Source: Squalus acanthias (lineage: Eukaryota). Taken from it: a stretch of DNA of 64,000 nt. Of the stretch, positions 50,097 through 61,789 are shown piece by piece (the stretch's first letter is position 1; every line of letters starts with the position of its first letter). The notes under the pieces were generated by a model, which searched no databases, was not told the origin of the DNA, and was given only the letters and a program-made list of their open reading frames with translations. The DNA lies in the NCBI GenBank assembly GCA_030390025.1, contig CM059432.1, positions 43,774,001-43,838,000 on the forward strand, written 5' to 3'. Position numbers and translations under genes: made by a program.

Positions 50097-53000
50097 TTAG
50101 GAGGCCGGGATGCTCCCTCCATTTCGTAGCCGCTGGACGAGGGAGAGCCGCACCCGTTTGGGTTCTCGTTGCGGTAGAGGGCCCCTAGCCCGTTTACCCA
50201 CCGCGGGCCGTGGACCAGAGTCCGAGTGATCCAGCCCGCTCTGTGAGGTGTCAGGACGATCCTGACTGTGTACTGGTGCCCGAACGGGTGTCGGGCAGGG
50301 CTGTGGCAGATCCGTTTCCGAGCGTACGGTACGGGGTGGATCGTGGCTGCGTGTGCGAGCCCCGACGGGCTCATAGTCAGTCTGCCCCAGGTCGGCACGC
50401 TGGAGTGAGGTACCAGCCGGCGTCAGATCCAGATCGTGATGAGAGGCACCTGGCGAGCCCAGAGATGTGCCTGGTACAATATCATCCCCTGGTGTCTCTC
50501 TATGTTTCGGCGGGCAGGGAGCCAGATCCCGCAATGACACGGTAGATTCCCGACCGTCAGGATACCGAATATAGGCGTAGGTAGGGTTGACGTCAGTGAG
50601 CTCAACTTCATCTACCAGGGGGTCATTCTTAGATGCCCGGACATATCTTCGGAGTAGCACTGGTCCCGGTGCAGTCAGCCACGACGGGAGAGATATCCCA
50701 TAGGATGAGCGACGCTGAAATCGGAAGAACCGTTCATGAGGCGTCGTATTTGTGGCGGTCGAAAGGAGGGACCATGTGGAGTGTAATGCGTCTGGAAGTA
50801 CTGCTTCCCATTGCTGGTTGGGTAGGCCCCGAGATCTCAAAGCCAGACGTACCGCATTCCAGATGATAGCGTTAAAACGCTCGACTTGCCCATTCCCGAC
50901 CGGATGATAAGGCGTCGTTCTGCTGGCAGCAATACCCCGTTCTGAGAGATAGGCCTTGAGTTCTCCTGACATAAAAGAAGGGCCCCGATCCGAATGAACA
51001 TAGGATGCCATGCCACAGAAAGCAAATACCTGCTCAAGGCAGCTGATAACCGTGGTCGTCAGCATATTGGGGCAGGGAAAGGCAAACGGAAAATGGGAAT
51101 ACTCATCGACCATGGTCAACAGATAAGTGTTGCGAGTTGAAGAGGGCAACGGCCCCTTAAAATCGATGCTAAGCCGTTGCATTGGCTGGGTCGCATGTAT
51201 GAGTATACCACCCGAGGGGCGGAAAAACTGAGGTTTCAATTCCGCACAGACTCTGCAGTCCGAGCACATCTTCTTTACATCCCCGGTAGAGAATGGGAGA
51301 TTTCGGGACCGCACGAAGTGTAGCATGCGAGTAACGCCCGGATGACACAACCCATCATGGATGTCTACGAGCGTAGAGGGTGCCATGGCGGAGCAGAATG
51401 CTCGTGAGAGGGTATCCGGAGCCACATTCTCCTTGCCAGGTCGATAGTGGATGGTGTAACCAAAAGAGGCCAATTCCAGCCGCCAAAGCTGGATTTTACT
51501 ATTTTTAATTTTGGTCCGTTTTCGATTATCGAGCATGAAGGCGACTGATCGCTGGTCCGTGATTAAGGTAAAGTGCTGGCGAGCTAGGAGATGACTCCAC
51601 TTCCGTACTGCCTCTATGATGGCTGTAGCTTCTTTCTCGACTGGAGGATAATGTAGCTCAGCCCCTTGAAAAGTCCTGGACAAAAATGCCACCGGACGAC
51701 CTTCCTGATTCAGAGTGGCCGAGATCGCCACCTCCGAGGCATCACACTCAACAACAAAAGCAAGACTCTCATCGATGGAGTGAAGAGCCGCTTTCTCCAA
51801 CTGTTTTTTCAGGAGGTTAAAGGCTGCAACAGCCGCTGTGTCTAGTGGGAATGTGCTGGCCTTCAGTAGAGGTTGGATTCGGTCCGAGAAGTTAGGAATC
51901 CATTTAGCATAGTATGCAAACAGGCCGAGGGCCCGGCACAAGGAGGCCGGATTCTTAGGTGGCGGGAGTTCTTGGAGTGGGCGAAGCCTTTCAGGGTCAG
52001 GTTTAATGATGCCATTGCCCACACAATAGCCAAGGATGTTGATGGTTGGTTGTGACTCAATGGATTTAGCCGCATTTAATGTCAAATTACGGTGCTGGAG
52101 TGCATCCCAAAATCGTTGGAGATTGGCGTCATGTTCCCGCTGATTGCGACCTGCGACAGTAATATTGTCCAGATAAGGAAACGTATCCTTCAAGTCTTCC
52201 TGTTTGACCAGGTCATCCATTGCTCGCTGGAAGACAGCCACTCCATTAGTGACCCCAAAGGGGAGGCGACGAAATTGATACAGCCGTCCATTGGCTTCAA
52301 AGGCCGTATACTGCTTGTCTGAGACCTTCAAGGGTACCTGATGATAGGCACTTTTCAGATCCTATGTTGAGAACACCGTGTACTCAGCCAGTTTATTAAC
52401 CATATCATCGATGCGCGGCAATGGGTATGCGTCCAAGTCCGTATATTGATTGATGGTCTGTGAATAGTCAATGCACAGCCGTTTCTTGTGAGGTTGTAGA
52501 GGGTTCTTAACAATAACGACCTGGGTGCGCCATGGCGACGAACAAGGCTCGATGATATCCTCTGCTAAAAGCTGAGAAATCTCAGCCGCAATAAAAGACT
52601 GGTCTTCCTGACTGAAACGTCGTGACTTTGTTATAATCGGTTTGCATCGAGGAGGGATACTGGTAAACAGTGAGGGTTCATCCAGTGAAGCTGCTGACAA
52701 TGCACAGAACGGTAATCGAGGTCGTATATTAGAAATAGTGAGTTCAGGTTTGGATCCGCCGAACTCAATGGTGAGCTTCCTATGCTGCTTTTGAAAATCC
52801 AGCCCTAAGATAAGATCACTACATAAATCCTTGAGCACCGAAAGCCGGGTAGAGGGATACCTGTGACCATTAAGTGTTATTTCAACCATACAAAAGCCAG
52901 AAATTCTGGTATTAAGTGATGACTGAGCCATCGCAATTGCCTGGTCCGATGGGAAAACATGTAGCTTTAACTCTGCAACAATCTGTTCCCTAATGAAACT

Positions 53001-54055
53001 ATCAGTGCTACCTGAGTCAATTAAGGCATCTAAAGTATGTCCATTAATTGATGCTTTTGTAGCTGCATGGAATAGGTTCTGAGGACAAGCAGCTGTAATT
53101 GGTGTTGTTGCACAAAGAGTGGCTGAAACTCTAGGTGTGTTTCTTCGAGAGGAAACCCGAGAGGAAGCACGATAGATGTTAGCCGGAACATCTTGATAGG
53201 CCCTTACCGGGGCAGTTCGGTAGGACTTAGCTTGATAAGCCCTCGTAGAGGCTTTTGATAGGCAAACCTTTGCAAAATGACCCTTTTTGTTGCAATGACT
53301 GCAAAACGCATTGCGAGCAGGGCAGAATTTCCGAGGGTGAAACTCATCACCACAAAAGAAGCATTTCTTAGATTGCCAAGAGGCTGCCACAGTGGGGTCA
53401 TCATCCTCTTCATCAGTGAAGTCATCAGATTGATCGTCAGGGATAAAGACCTCCCTAATAGAGTTCACCTGTGGCCTCTTAAATTGCCTGACTGTAGTTA
53501 AGGCAGTAGACCGAGGTCTGGGCACTGTATAAAGGTCTGGATTTCTTTTTGCCAGATCTAGAGAGCAAGCCATGTCATAAGCTCTCTGAAGCTCAAGTGT
53601 CTTACTTTCCAGTAGACGCTGGCGTATAAATGGGGAGGCAAGCCCGCAGATGAAAGCATCACGGATCATTTCTTCACGGTACAGCTCAGCTGAGGCCGCC
53701 TGAAAGTTACAGTCCATACTAAGTATCTGCGAAGCTCTTGGAGGAATTTATCAATGGATTCCTCCGGCCCTTGTTGGGCTGTAGCTAGTAGATGTCTGGC
53801 ATAGACCTCATTCGGTGTCTTAGTATATAGTCTCTTAAGCGTCCGAATTGCCTCCTCGTAACTGCCCCATTCCTCCACATACTGAAATACATTCGGGGTG
53901 ACACAGTTGATGAGTATCCGCAACTTTGAGTCATCATCAGCCTTGCAATACTCAAGAAAATTGTCAAACGTGCGATACCAGTGTTTCCACACCTTACCGG
54001 CTGCTGGGGTGTTTGGGTCCAAGTCAAGACGCGATGGTTTAAGGATGTTTTCCAT
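50097..54055 (-). pseudogene. Gypsy gag-pol polyprotein with one frameshift (~53720) and one nonsense codon (52362-52364)
   Basis: Double Cys/His knuckle CFFCG...H...CPA...CSHC..KGH...C; protease LIDSGS; RT *DLKSAYHQ, LPFG, YLDN; RNase H CDAS; integrase HHCC, IDFKGP, HSDRG, GQVER. Confidence 0.95.
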
Positions 54056-54133
54056 GATGGGTGATTCCCTGGATCCTTCGTTCCGAGTTCGTCCAAAAAG
54101 TTTGAGTGTGAAGTTTTCCAAAGTTGATTAAAT

Positions 54134-54327
54134 TGTCGTAAGAATGAGCCTTACGCGTGGTGAACTTAAAGTAAGCTTTAATCAACTAAAAAGGTGCTAC
54201 ATACAAAAGAGGTCTTACTCTATGCCTCTCCAGGATCCAACTGATCAGTCCAGTATTTATCCTGGACTAATCACAGGAAGTGATGCAATAAAGTTTGAGT
54301 CACAGGAAGCTGTATTGTGTTACCACA
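54134..54327 (-). repeat. Gypsy 5' LTR
   Basis: Direct repeat of 49884-50077, upstream of gag on the minus strand. Confidence 0.97.
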
Positions 54328-54967
54328 ATGGTGTGTCTTCATCATCACTGTCTCTTTGCTCTTCCACTACCACCTGGGTAGGTTGCAGTTCTTGGGTATC
54401 TGAAAGGAGAAAGGCACATGGTTAGGGTTGTGGTGAGTGGAGTGGTGGTGGGGGAGTAAGAGGTACATGCTTATAGCATCTGCAGCTTGTAAATCAGAAG
54501 AGATTGTTGAATGAGGGGGAAATGGGATGTGAGAAGGAGGATTAGGTATGACAATACCATTGTTTTTGATGGTTTCAACCCCACCGCTGGCCACGGTCTC
54601 AACAATGGCCGTTCCAATAATGGCCAGCACAATCTCCTCCATGGGGGTTAGGACATGCCTGTCCTGCTTTGGTTAGCTCCTGCTGCCTCCAGTTGTGCGC
54701 CACCTTGTCATGCAAGAGAGAGGAAAGTGTATCAGTGAGTGTCGTGCAATCTGTTTTAGTGATATGGCTGTCATGGTTGAATAGCTGGCAGTATGTGCAA
54801 GCTGCGAGATGTGGGTGTGAGGCTTGCAGCAGTGCTAAGTGTGTGAGGGTGAGGTGAAGCTATGAATGTTAGTTATGAGTCCTGATTGACAGAGATTGTT
54901 GGCAGGTGAGTGATGGGGGTGTGGTGCATTGAGCAATGGCTGAGGCTAGTGGTGCAGTTGGTAGGAT

Positions 54968-55316
54968 AAAAGAACATAAGAACATAAGAAATAGGAGCAG
55001 GAGTAGGCCATTCGGCCCTTCGAGCCTGCTCCGCAATTCAATAAGGTCATGGCTGATCTTCTACCTCATCTCCGCTTTCCTGCACTATCCCCATATCCCT
55101 TGAGTCCCTTAATATTCAAAAAGCTATCGATCTCTGTCTTGAATATACACAACGACTGAGCCTCCACAGCCCTCTGGGGTAGAGAATTCCAAAGATTCAC
55201 CACCCTCTGAGTGAAGAAATTTCTCCTCATCTCAGTCCTAAATGGCCGACCCCTTATTCTGAGACTGTGACCCCTGGTTCTAGACTGCCCAGTCAGGGGA
55301 AACATCCTCCCTGCAT
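54968..55316 (-). mobile_element. CR1 family A 3' fragment in H3 Myb intron 1
   Basis: RMFPL...WNSLPQ translation, UTR and (TTCTTATG)n tail. Confidence 0.92.
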
Positions 55317-56299
55317 TTGGCATTTGAAGATGCATTCACTGACCTTGACCACTCGTGTGAGGACATTGAACTTCTTTCGACACTGCATCCAGGTCCTCGG
55401 GGCTTGACTCCTGACATTAAACTCCATGGCTATCTGCTCCTATTGCCTTTTGTGTGTGTGTCTGGAGGCCTCCTGGCCCCCTGCGGATACAGGACAACTC
55501 TCTTCCTTTCCACCTCCGCCACCAAGGCTTCCAGTGCAGTGTTCAAAAACCTTGGAGCACGCTCTCTCCCATTTTGTGCCATTCTTCACTGTCAGATTCA
55601 CTTCCTGAATAACTTCCAGCACCTCCTCCAGCCACAATGCACCTCCCCTTTAAGAGGTGTAGGCTAGCTTTAAGCAGTGCAGGCTAGCTTTAACTGGTGC
55701 TAGCAAGTAATGATTTTGGGCCCCTTGCTGATGCGTGCAGCCAATCAACAATGTGGTTGGCGCTGACTGCATGCTGAAATCATTGTTATGAGCAGGCAGC
55801 ACGAAGTTGGCGTGCTGCCTACATTGCATCAAACAGCGCAGGTTAATCGAGCATCACGATCCCACGCCCATTTTTGGGGGGGGTATCAAATTTAGCCCCC
55901 TTCGAATTAAGAGAGAAAAAGAAAGGAAAAGTAAGAAAAAAAAATGTTATTCTACATTTGCCATTGTTAAAATTTCTCTGAAAAATTCAAAACCTGAAGG
56001 AATAGTTGTAATAGGTAATTTTCAATGCCAAAGAGGTTGATTTGCAATCATTAACACTTATCAAGTCATTAAAATGGTACTTACGCTTTAAATGACAAAA
56101 CTTAACTTTCTGTGGCGCGTTTACTGGGCAAATGCAGCAAGTTCCTAAAATAAACGGGGAGGCTAACGATGAGATGCCATTTTCACGAAGCTAATGGCAG
56201 ATTGGTGCAACTCAAACAGAAACCTTTGGATATTCAGATCTAACGCATATCTGCTCCTTGCATGAAGTTGCTGTACCATTTACCCATAAATAATGGGTT

Positions 56300-56897
56300 T
56301 TCTGGGACCTTGATGAATGACAGGACCAATAGTCTATATCCTTTATCAATGAGATTTAAGGATTTAAAAAGAAACAGAAGAATGACCAAGAAGGGTGAAT
56401 TAGAGTCAAATCAGGTACAGAAAGAGAAATAGAAGAGAAGAAATGTAGAATTAAGAGAGAGAGAAAAAAGAGACAGAAAGGAAAAGTAAGAAAAAAAATA
56501 AAAAGTCTCTAACAACAATTTGGTACCTGAAGGAATGAGGCTCCACCGTTTAAATTGTTCCCTTTCTGGTCCAGAGATGTTGATTGGTATTGCAGGAACA
56601 TAAATCTCCTCATTAAAAAGGTACTTACACTGTTAAGTACCAGCCCTAACTTTCAACAACAAGTTTAATGGGCAATTAATGCGCAAGTGCAGCAACTTCA
56701 TGAAGCTCACAGGGAGATTGAGGACGAGCTGCCGTTTTCGCGAGGCTAATGGCGGAGCAGCGCAAATCATCCAGCAACTTATGGCGATTTGCAATTCATG
56801 GGTTATCGCTCCCTCGCCACAAGTTGCTGGACGTTTCACACACTAATAACGACGAGCATCATTAAACTCATCGTTATTTTGGCAGCAAAGTCTAAGC
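56300..56897. mobile_element. Second, diverged MITE-A-related segment in tandem
   Basis: Repeats the motif order of 47580-47748 plus 55904-56297; ends CAGCAAAGTCTAAGC (degenerate TIR). Confidence 0.65.
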
Positions 56898-58329
56898 TAT
56901 CATATATTCAAAATCTAAAATTCACAGAATTATATTTATGAAAGCTGAACCTCAAAGCCATTTCTATGTATTGAAAACTCACTCTTATAGTTAAACACTT
57001 CTTTTTAATCTACAAAATGAACAATGCCGAAAGCTCTGCAACACACTGAAGAAAACCACATTTTCAACAACCGCACTCACCCTATATCATTGTAATTCAA
57101 TCCCAAGCATAGAATTCAGGTCTGCCAAATCACATCCATTGCATTGGATCCCTCCAGACATGACACTTGCATTTACAATTAACATAATTGTCTGCTGCTT
57201 AATACAAACATAACATTTTCTCCAATTATTCCTATTTTTAATGCTCAGCCCACCGAATATTGTCTCTTTACTGCCCAATTTTAGTTTAAAACTGTACATT
57301 CAAAGACTAATCTTTTTTTAAAAAATGATGAAAGAGAATATTTTATTCTTGAATTATGAATTGCTGTGTAATATTTTTCCATTACAGAATGAGTATTTCA
57401 TCTGGTAGAAGTATGAGCCTGATAATGTATTTCATTTTTTTGTACTTTATGGAAATTCTGATCCAAACATAATCCAGGTTCAGATATGAAATCATTTATC
57501 AAAAATGGCTAGATGTTATTCTCGGTTCATGAGGCACCAATATTTGTTCTTATATCGTATCCACTACAAACTGTGGAAATACAATAAGTTACACAAATAT
57601 TTAAATCTAATATAAGCAAACGCCTGATCTAAGCAGTTCTCAGATTTATTGTTGACTTAAGCCTTGTTCACAAAGTTCAATGCAAAAAAAATAGTTTGCT
57701 ATAATGTTTTTGAAATTAGCCAGATTGTCACTTGATGAAATGTAGATGCATGCCACTCACAAACCCGAGCTTGCCAAATCCTGCTGAATATCCCTTTAAA
57801 TGACGTGTGCCACCATGAATTAGTAGATTTGGATTATTCATTCAATTGAAAATGAAAGGGGAGCCATTAGGTTGCTGTTATTTATGCAGAAACATTGCAG
57901 CATCTTTAAGTTTTATTTTGGCAATATGGCTGTTTACTTCATTCATAGAGGATAACAAAGTGGGTGAGACATCATGAAACCTCTTTGCCAAGAAGAGTGA
58001 GTCAGGGTCACCTTCCAAGACCAAACATGCATGGCATGGGGAGCTATAGGCTAAATAAGCAATGCTGGCCACTGTAATGGGTAAAAGTTTAATCTCAAAT
58101 CCTGGATTACTAACTGATCTATCTATTAGTCCTGTCAAGGTTACCTTTATTTCCACATTCATTTCAGATGACCAGCTGGAACACACCTACCATTATATAA
58201 TGCCAATGGTAAATTATATATCTCAGACTGCTGGTCTTGTCAGGTCAAAGAATCCAGATATGTGTTTCCTGTTGTGTATTACATGCAACACTAGATTGTA
58301 ATGCACATGAATATGAAGTTAACTGTGAG

Positions 58330-58493
58330 CAATGTACCCATTAAGCTGCCACGGCCGCGCGACGGTCTGGAGCTCTCGCGCAGGCCGCTCGTCAGCTTTT
58401 CAATTGGAATAACTGCGCATGCGTGGCCATTTAAATGGGCCGCACAGACACTTAAAGGGGCCACGCACCCAAAAAAAATTATAGGGAACATTG
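58330..58493. mobile_element. hAT-type MITE (164 bp)
   Basis: TIR CAATGTACCC / GGGAACATTG; 8-bp TSD ACTGTGAG / ACTATGAG. Confidence 0.8.
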
Positions 58494-58696
58494 ACTATGA
58501 GGTTGTTCAGATGCGCTTGAATACAAATTGCACTGCATAGTTGTCAGGCCACAAGTAAAATTAGTTCTACACCAGTCACCTTGCGATGATGTATTGTGTA
58601 AAGTCAATAAATACACCATGGTTCTCATGGTCAAAACAGCAGCTGCAACTCATCAAATACCAGATCTAATAAATAGCAGGCTTTCCAAATGCTCTG

Positions 58697-59028
58697 GGAT
58701 GTAGAGAAGATGTATCCACTTGTGGGGAAGTCGAAAATGAGGGGCCATAAGTATAAGATAGTTACTAATAAATCCAATAAGTAATTCAGGAGAAACATCT
58801 TTACTCAGAAAGTGATGAGAATGTGGAATTCGCTACCACATGGAGTGGCTGATGCAAATAGCACAGATGCGTTTAAGGAGAAGCTAGATAGGTACATGAG
58901 GGAGAAAGGATTGGAAAGATATGTTGATAGGGTGAGATGAAATAAGGTGGGAGGAGGCTTGTGTGGAGCATAAACATTGCAGAGACCTGTTGGGCCAAAT
59001 GCCCTTTTTCTGTGCTGTAAAATTCTAT
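58697..59028 (+). mobile_element. CR1 3' fragment (another family)
   Basis: FRRNIFTQKVMRMWNSLP; tail ...AAATTCTAT. Confidence 0.82.
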
Positions 59029-60355
59029 GGGGGAAAAATTGGGTTGCACCCGCTTTGGGGCGATAACTTCGCCGGGGCACTACTTTTATGGTAGTACCCC
59101 AAGCAGGAGGCGGGGCACTACTGGAAGCGCTCCCATTGAATATCGCGGCGCTACGTGCAGCAGCGCCACACGCGCTGGCACGTAGCATAAGAACATAAGA
59201 AATAGGAGCAGGAATAGGCCACTTGGCCCCTCGCGCCTGCTCCGCCATTCAATAAGATCATGGCTGATCTTGGGCTCAAAGCCGCTTCCCCGCCCGCTCC
59301 CCATAACCCTTCACTCCCTTATCTTGCAAAAATCTGTCGATCTCTCCACGGCTCTCTGGGGCAGAGAATTCCACAGATTTACGACCCTCTGAGAAAAGAA
59401 ATTCCTCCTCATCTCAGTTCTAAAAGGGCGACCCTTTATTCTGAAACTATGCCCCCGAGTTCTAGATTTCCCCACGAGGGGAAACATCCTCTCTGCATCT
59501 ACCTTGTCGAGCCCCCTCAGTATCTTGTATGTTTCAATAAGATCACCTCTCATTCTTCTAAATTCCACTGAGTATAGGCCCAACCTGCTCAACCTTTCCT
59601 CATACGTCAAACCCCTCATCTCTGGAATTAACCTCGTGAACCTTCTCTGAACTGCCTCCAATGCAAGTATATCCTTCCTTAAATAAGGAGACCAAAACTG
59701 TACGCAGTACTCAAGGTGTGGTCTCATCAATACCCTGTAAAGTTGTAGCAGGACTTCCTTGCTTTTATACTCCAACCCCCTTGCAATAAAGGCCAACATT
59801 CCATTTGCCTTTAATCAGGGGAGGGAGGCCTGCAGCGCCGCGGTACTGCAGGCCTTCCTCCCCTGATTAAAGAGGAGGGGCCTAGCGCAGCGTGCACCGG
59901 GACCCTGCTGGACCACCGGGGAGCGGGATGCCGGCAAAAGAGCCTGGCACTCAAGAGGAGTGCCGGGCTGACCGATCATGGCCGGCACCCTGCAGGAGGA
60001 GGCCAGAGAGGGCAGGTGCTGGCAGGCGGCCCAAAAAAAATGGCCGCCCGGCACCTGCCCTTTAATTATTGCTGTCCCGGCCGCAAAAACGCCTCCCTGA
60101 CCCTGTCGGACAGTGTCCGGTGGTAGGTCAGGGGGCACGAGCCAAGTTTGCGGCCGGGGAGCGAGAGAGGCACTGCGCATGGCGATGATGCCATCGGCGG
60201 AGGCGCAGCGCCGTGGAGCGCTACCTGACACCGCCGCCGCTAACCTCCCGCTGAATTTCGCGGGAGGCGTCAGTGGCACCGCGCCCAGGCGCTAGGGAGT
60301 TTGTGCCCCGTTAGCGCCCCCCTCGGGAGGCACAAAGCAACCGAATATTTCCCCC
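59029..60355. mobile_element. Non-autonomous Harbinger element related to 6533-7250 (inverted)
   Basis: TIR GGGGGAAAAATTGGGTTGC / GCAACCGAATATTTCCCCC, TAT TSD. Confidence 0.9.
59186..59811 (-). mobile_element. CR1 3' fragment nested in the Harbinger derivative
   Basis: MLAFIARGLEYKSKE...WNSLPQ; (TTCTTATG)n tail. Confidence 0.92.
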
Positions 60356-60461
60356 TATACATTAAACCAATTGCATATAAGTGAAATTCCTTCAAAATAG
60401 GAAAGGGATTCATTCCATGGACAGGGGGTTTGAACAGTGATGCCAATTGTAAAAGTAGTTC

Positions 60462-60668
60462 GCTAAGAAGATCATTACGAGCTCCTCTACTGATGGAGCT
60501 TCTCTTAAGTTCACTCCAGATGGATGAAGGAAGCACACAGTGAAATCTCACTCTAACCAGATGGGAAATCTTGCAAAGCTTTATTTAATTGCATTCCATT
60601 GCCTGTTCTGGCATACAGTTAGGCACCACTATTTCCAGAATTAAGCAATATTCCAATGTTAAATATTT
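60462..60668. repeat. 207-bp direct repeat, copy 1 (copy 2 at 62312-62518)
   Basis: Ungapped match, about 12 mismatches by manual count. Confidence 0.93.
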
Positions 60669-60983
60669 GTTCAATCCACAGGGATTCTTACTACTGGTTT
60701 GGTGCATCACCTATTCTTTTGTATACCACTTCAGGTCATCCCATCGTTAATTGATACCAATTATTATCCTGGATGCTTGGGAGCCCATGTTGGCTTGTTT
60801 TCAAATTTCCTAGCAAATTTTTCTGTTTTCCCTGCGAAAGTCTGAGGTGAGCAAGACCAAAAAGTCCTGGTGGCTAGAAACTTCAGAATTGAAAGATCTA
60901 ACCTGTATTCTGATTGGAGGGTGGGAGATTCTTTTTCTCTGTATACACCAGAGACAGCAAAAGGTAAACAGGTTCGGCTAATA

Positions 60984-61338
60984 CAGGAAACTCTTTCGTA
61001 TCCGGCACCGACGGGACCGGGATGGTGCCGGTTGATTAAAAATTCCGGATAACGGAGAGGTATATCTACCGAGGCTATTTTTAACAAACAAAAATAAAAA
61101 AATCAAGAAATGTGCAGTATAATTGGGTACTCACCTACAGAGACTTCCGACAGCGCCAAGATGCCGAGTAGTGGCGGTTTGGAGAACTACCCCCACTGAC
61201 TAACTCGGCCACCGCGGGAGACTCGGACTCGGACTCGGCAACATTTCCAGTTATTGAGGTGTTGTTTTCGGAGTATGAATTTTGCCGGTTATTAGAGAAT
61301 TCCAGATATTTAGGTGCCGTTTAAACGAGAGTTTCCTG
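60984..61338. mobile_element. Tc1/mariner-pogo MITE related to 39391-39815 (inverted)
   Basis: CAGGAAACT...AGTTTCCTG ends, TA TSD. Confidence 0.88.
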
Positions 61339-61789
61339 TAATGCACTGCCTTTGTGTATCATTACCAATTTCTTCCATTTTTCCATTCTGTGCAATTTCT
61401 GGATCTTTACATTTTTCTGCCAGTGATTAGTAAGAAAATGTCATATTTCACAAACCTTTTCTATTGTAAATTATATTTGTAGGATAAAAATAGTGCAATC
61501 CACTTGGTACTTAGTCAATGCATGTTTAGGGCTGATTTTGACTGGCATTTAAATTTAAAATAGAACTGTCGGTCGTATGCAAAGTGAACCAATTATACAG
61601 CGTTGTTTAAATTTGAATTATTCCTCTTTCCAGACTGCAACTGGTGAAACTTGGTATAAGGATCTGAACTGCAGCTGTTTTTTTTTTTCCAACAGCGTGT
61701 GCACTGTAACTGAATTTAAATGAACAGCCACTAAATCAAAACTATAGAAATATACATCAATTTGTCAGTCAGCTTGTCACAGTTTGAAG

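Larger units (their letters stand above)
49884..54327 (-). mobile_element. Full-length Ty3/Gypsy LTR retrotransposon (Mag-like gag)
   Basis: Two 194-bp TG...CA LTRs, ATGGT TSD, polypurine tract at 50078-50090, domain order gag-PR-RT-RH-IN. Confidence 0.97.
49560..55582 (-). pseudogene. Harbinger Myb/SANT gene of H3; exons 55582-55344, ~54709-54558, 54399-~49560 (exon 3 deleted internally and split by the Gypsy)
   Basis: MAQNGRERAPRF.NTALEALVAEV...RTWMQCRKKFN.LTRVVK followed by GT; VLSQDDS block at ~49815-49840. Confidence 0.82.
47749..55900. mobile_element. Two-gene PIF/Harbinger transposon H3 (decayed; hosts a Gypsy and a CR1)
   Basis: TIRs GGGCGCAAAATTTG / CAAATTTAGCCCCC; transposase (+) and Myb gene (-). 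Confidence 0.9.
47442..56297. mobile_element. MITE family A copy (inverted relative to 19650-20696) split by H3 into 47442-47748 and ~55904-56297
   Basis: Both pieces align to the reverse complement of 19650-20696; left TIR GGGCCAGATTTTGCT. Confidence 0.82.

Noticed and set aside
53700..53730. Programmed ribosomal frameshift in the Gypsy
   Set aside because: It falls in the middle of gag, has no slippery heptamer, and looks like a small indel
57878..58301. Host coding exons
   Set aside because: No recognisable protein similarity or consistent splice signals
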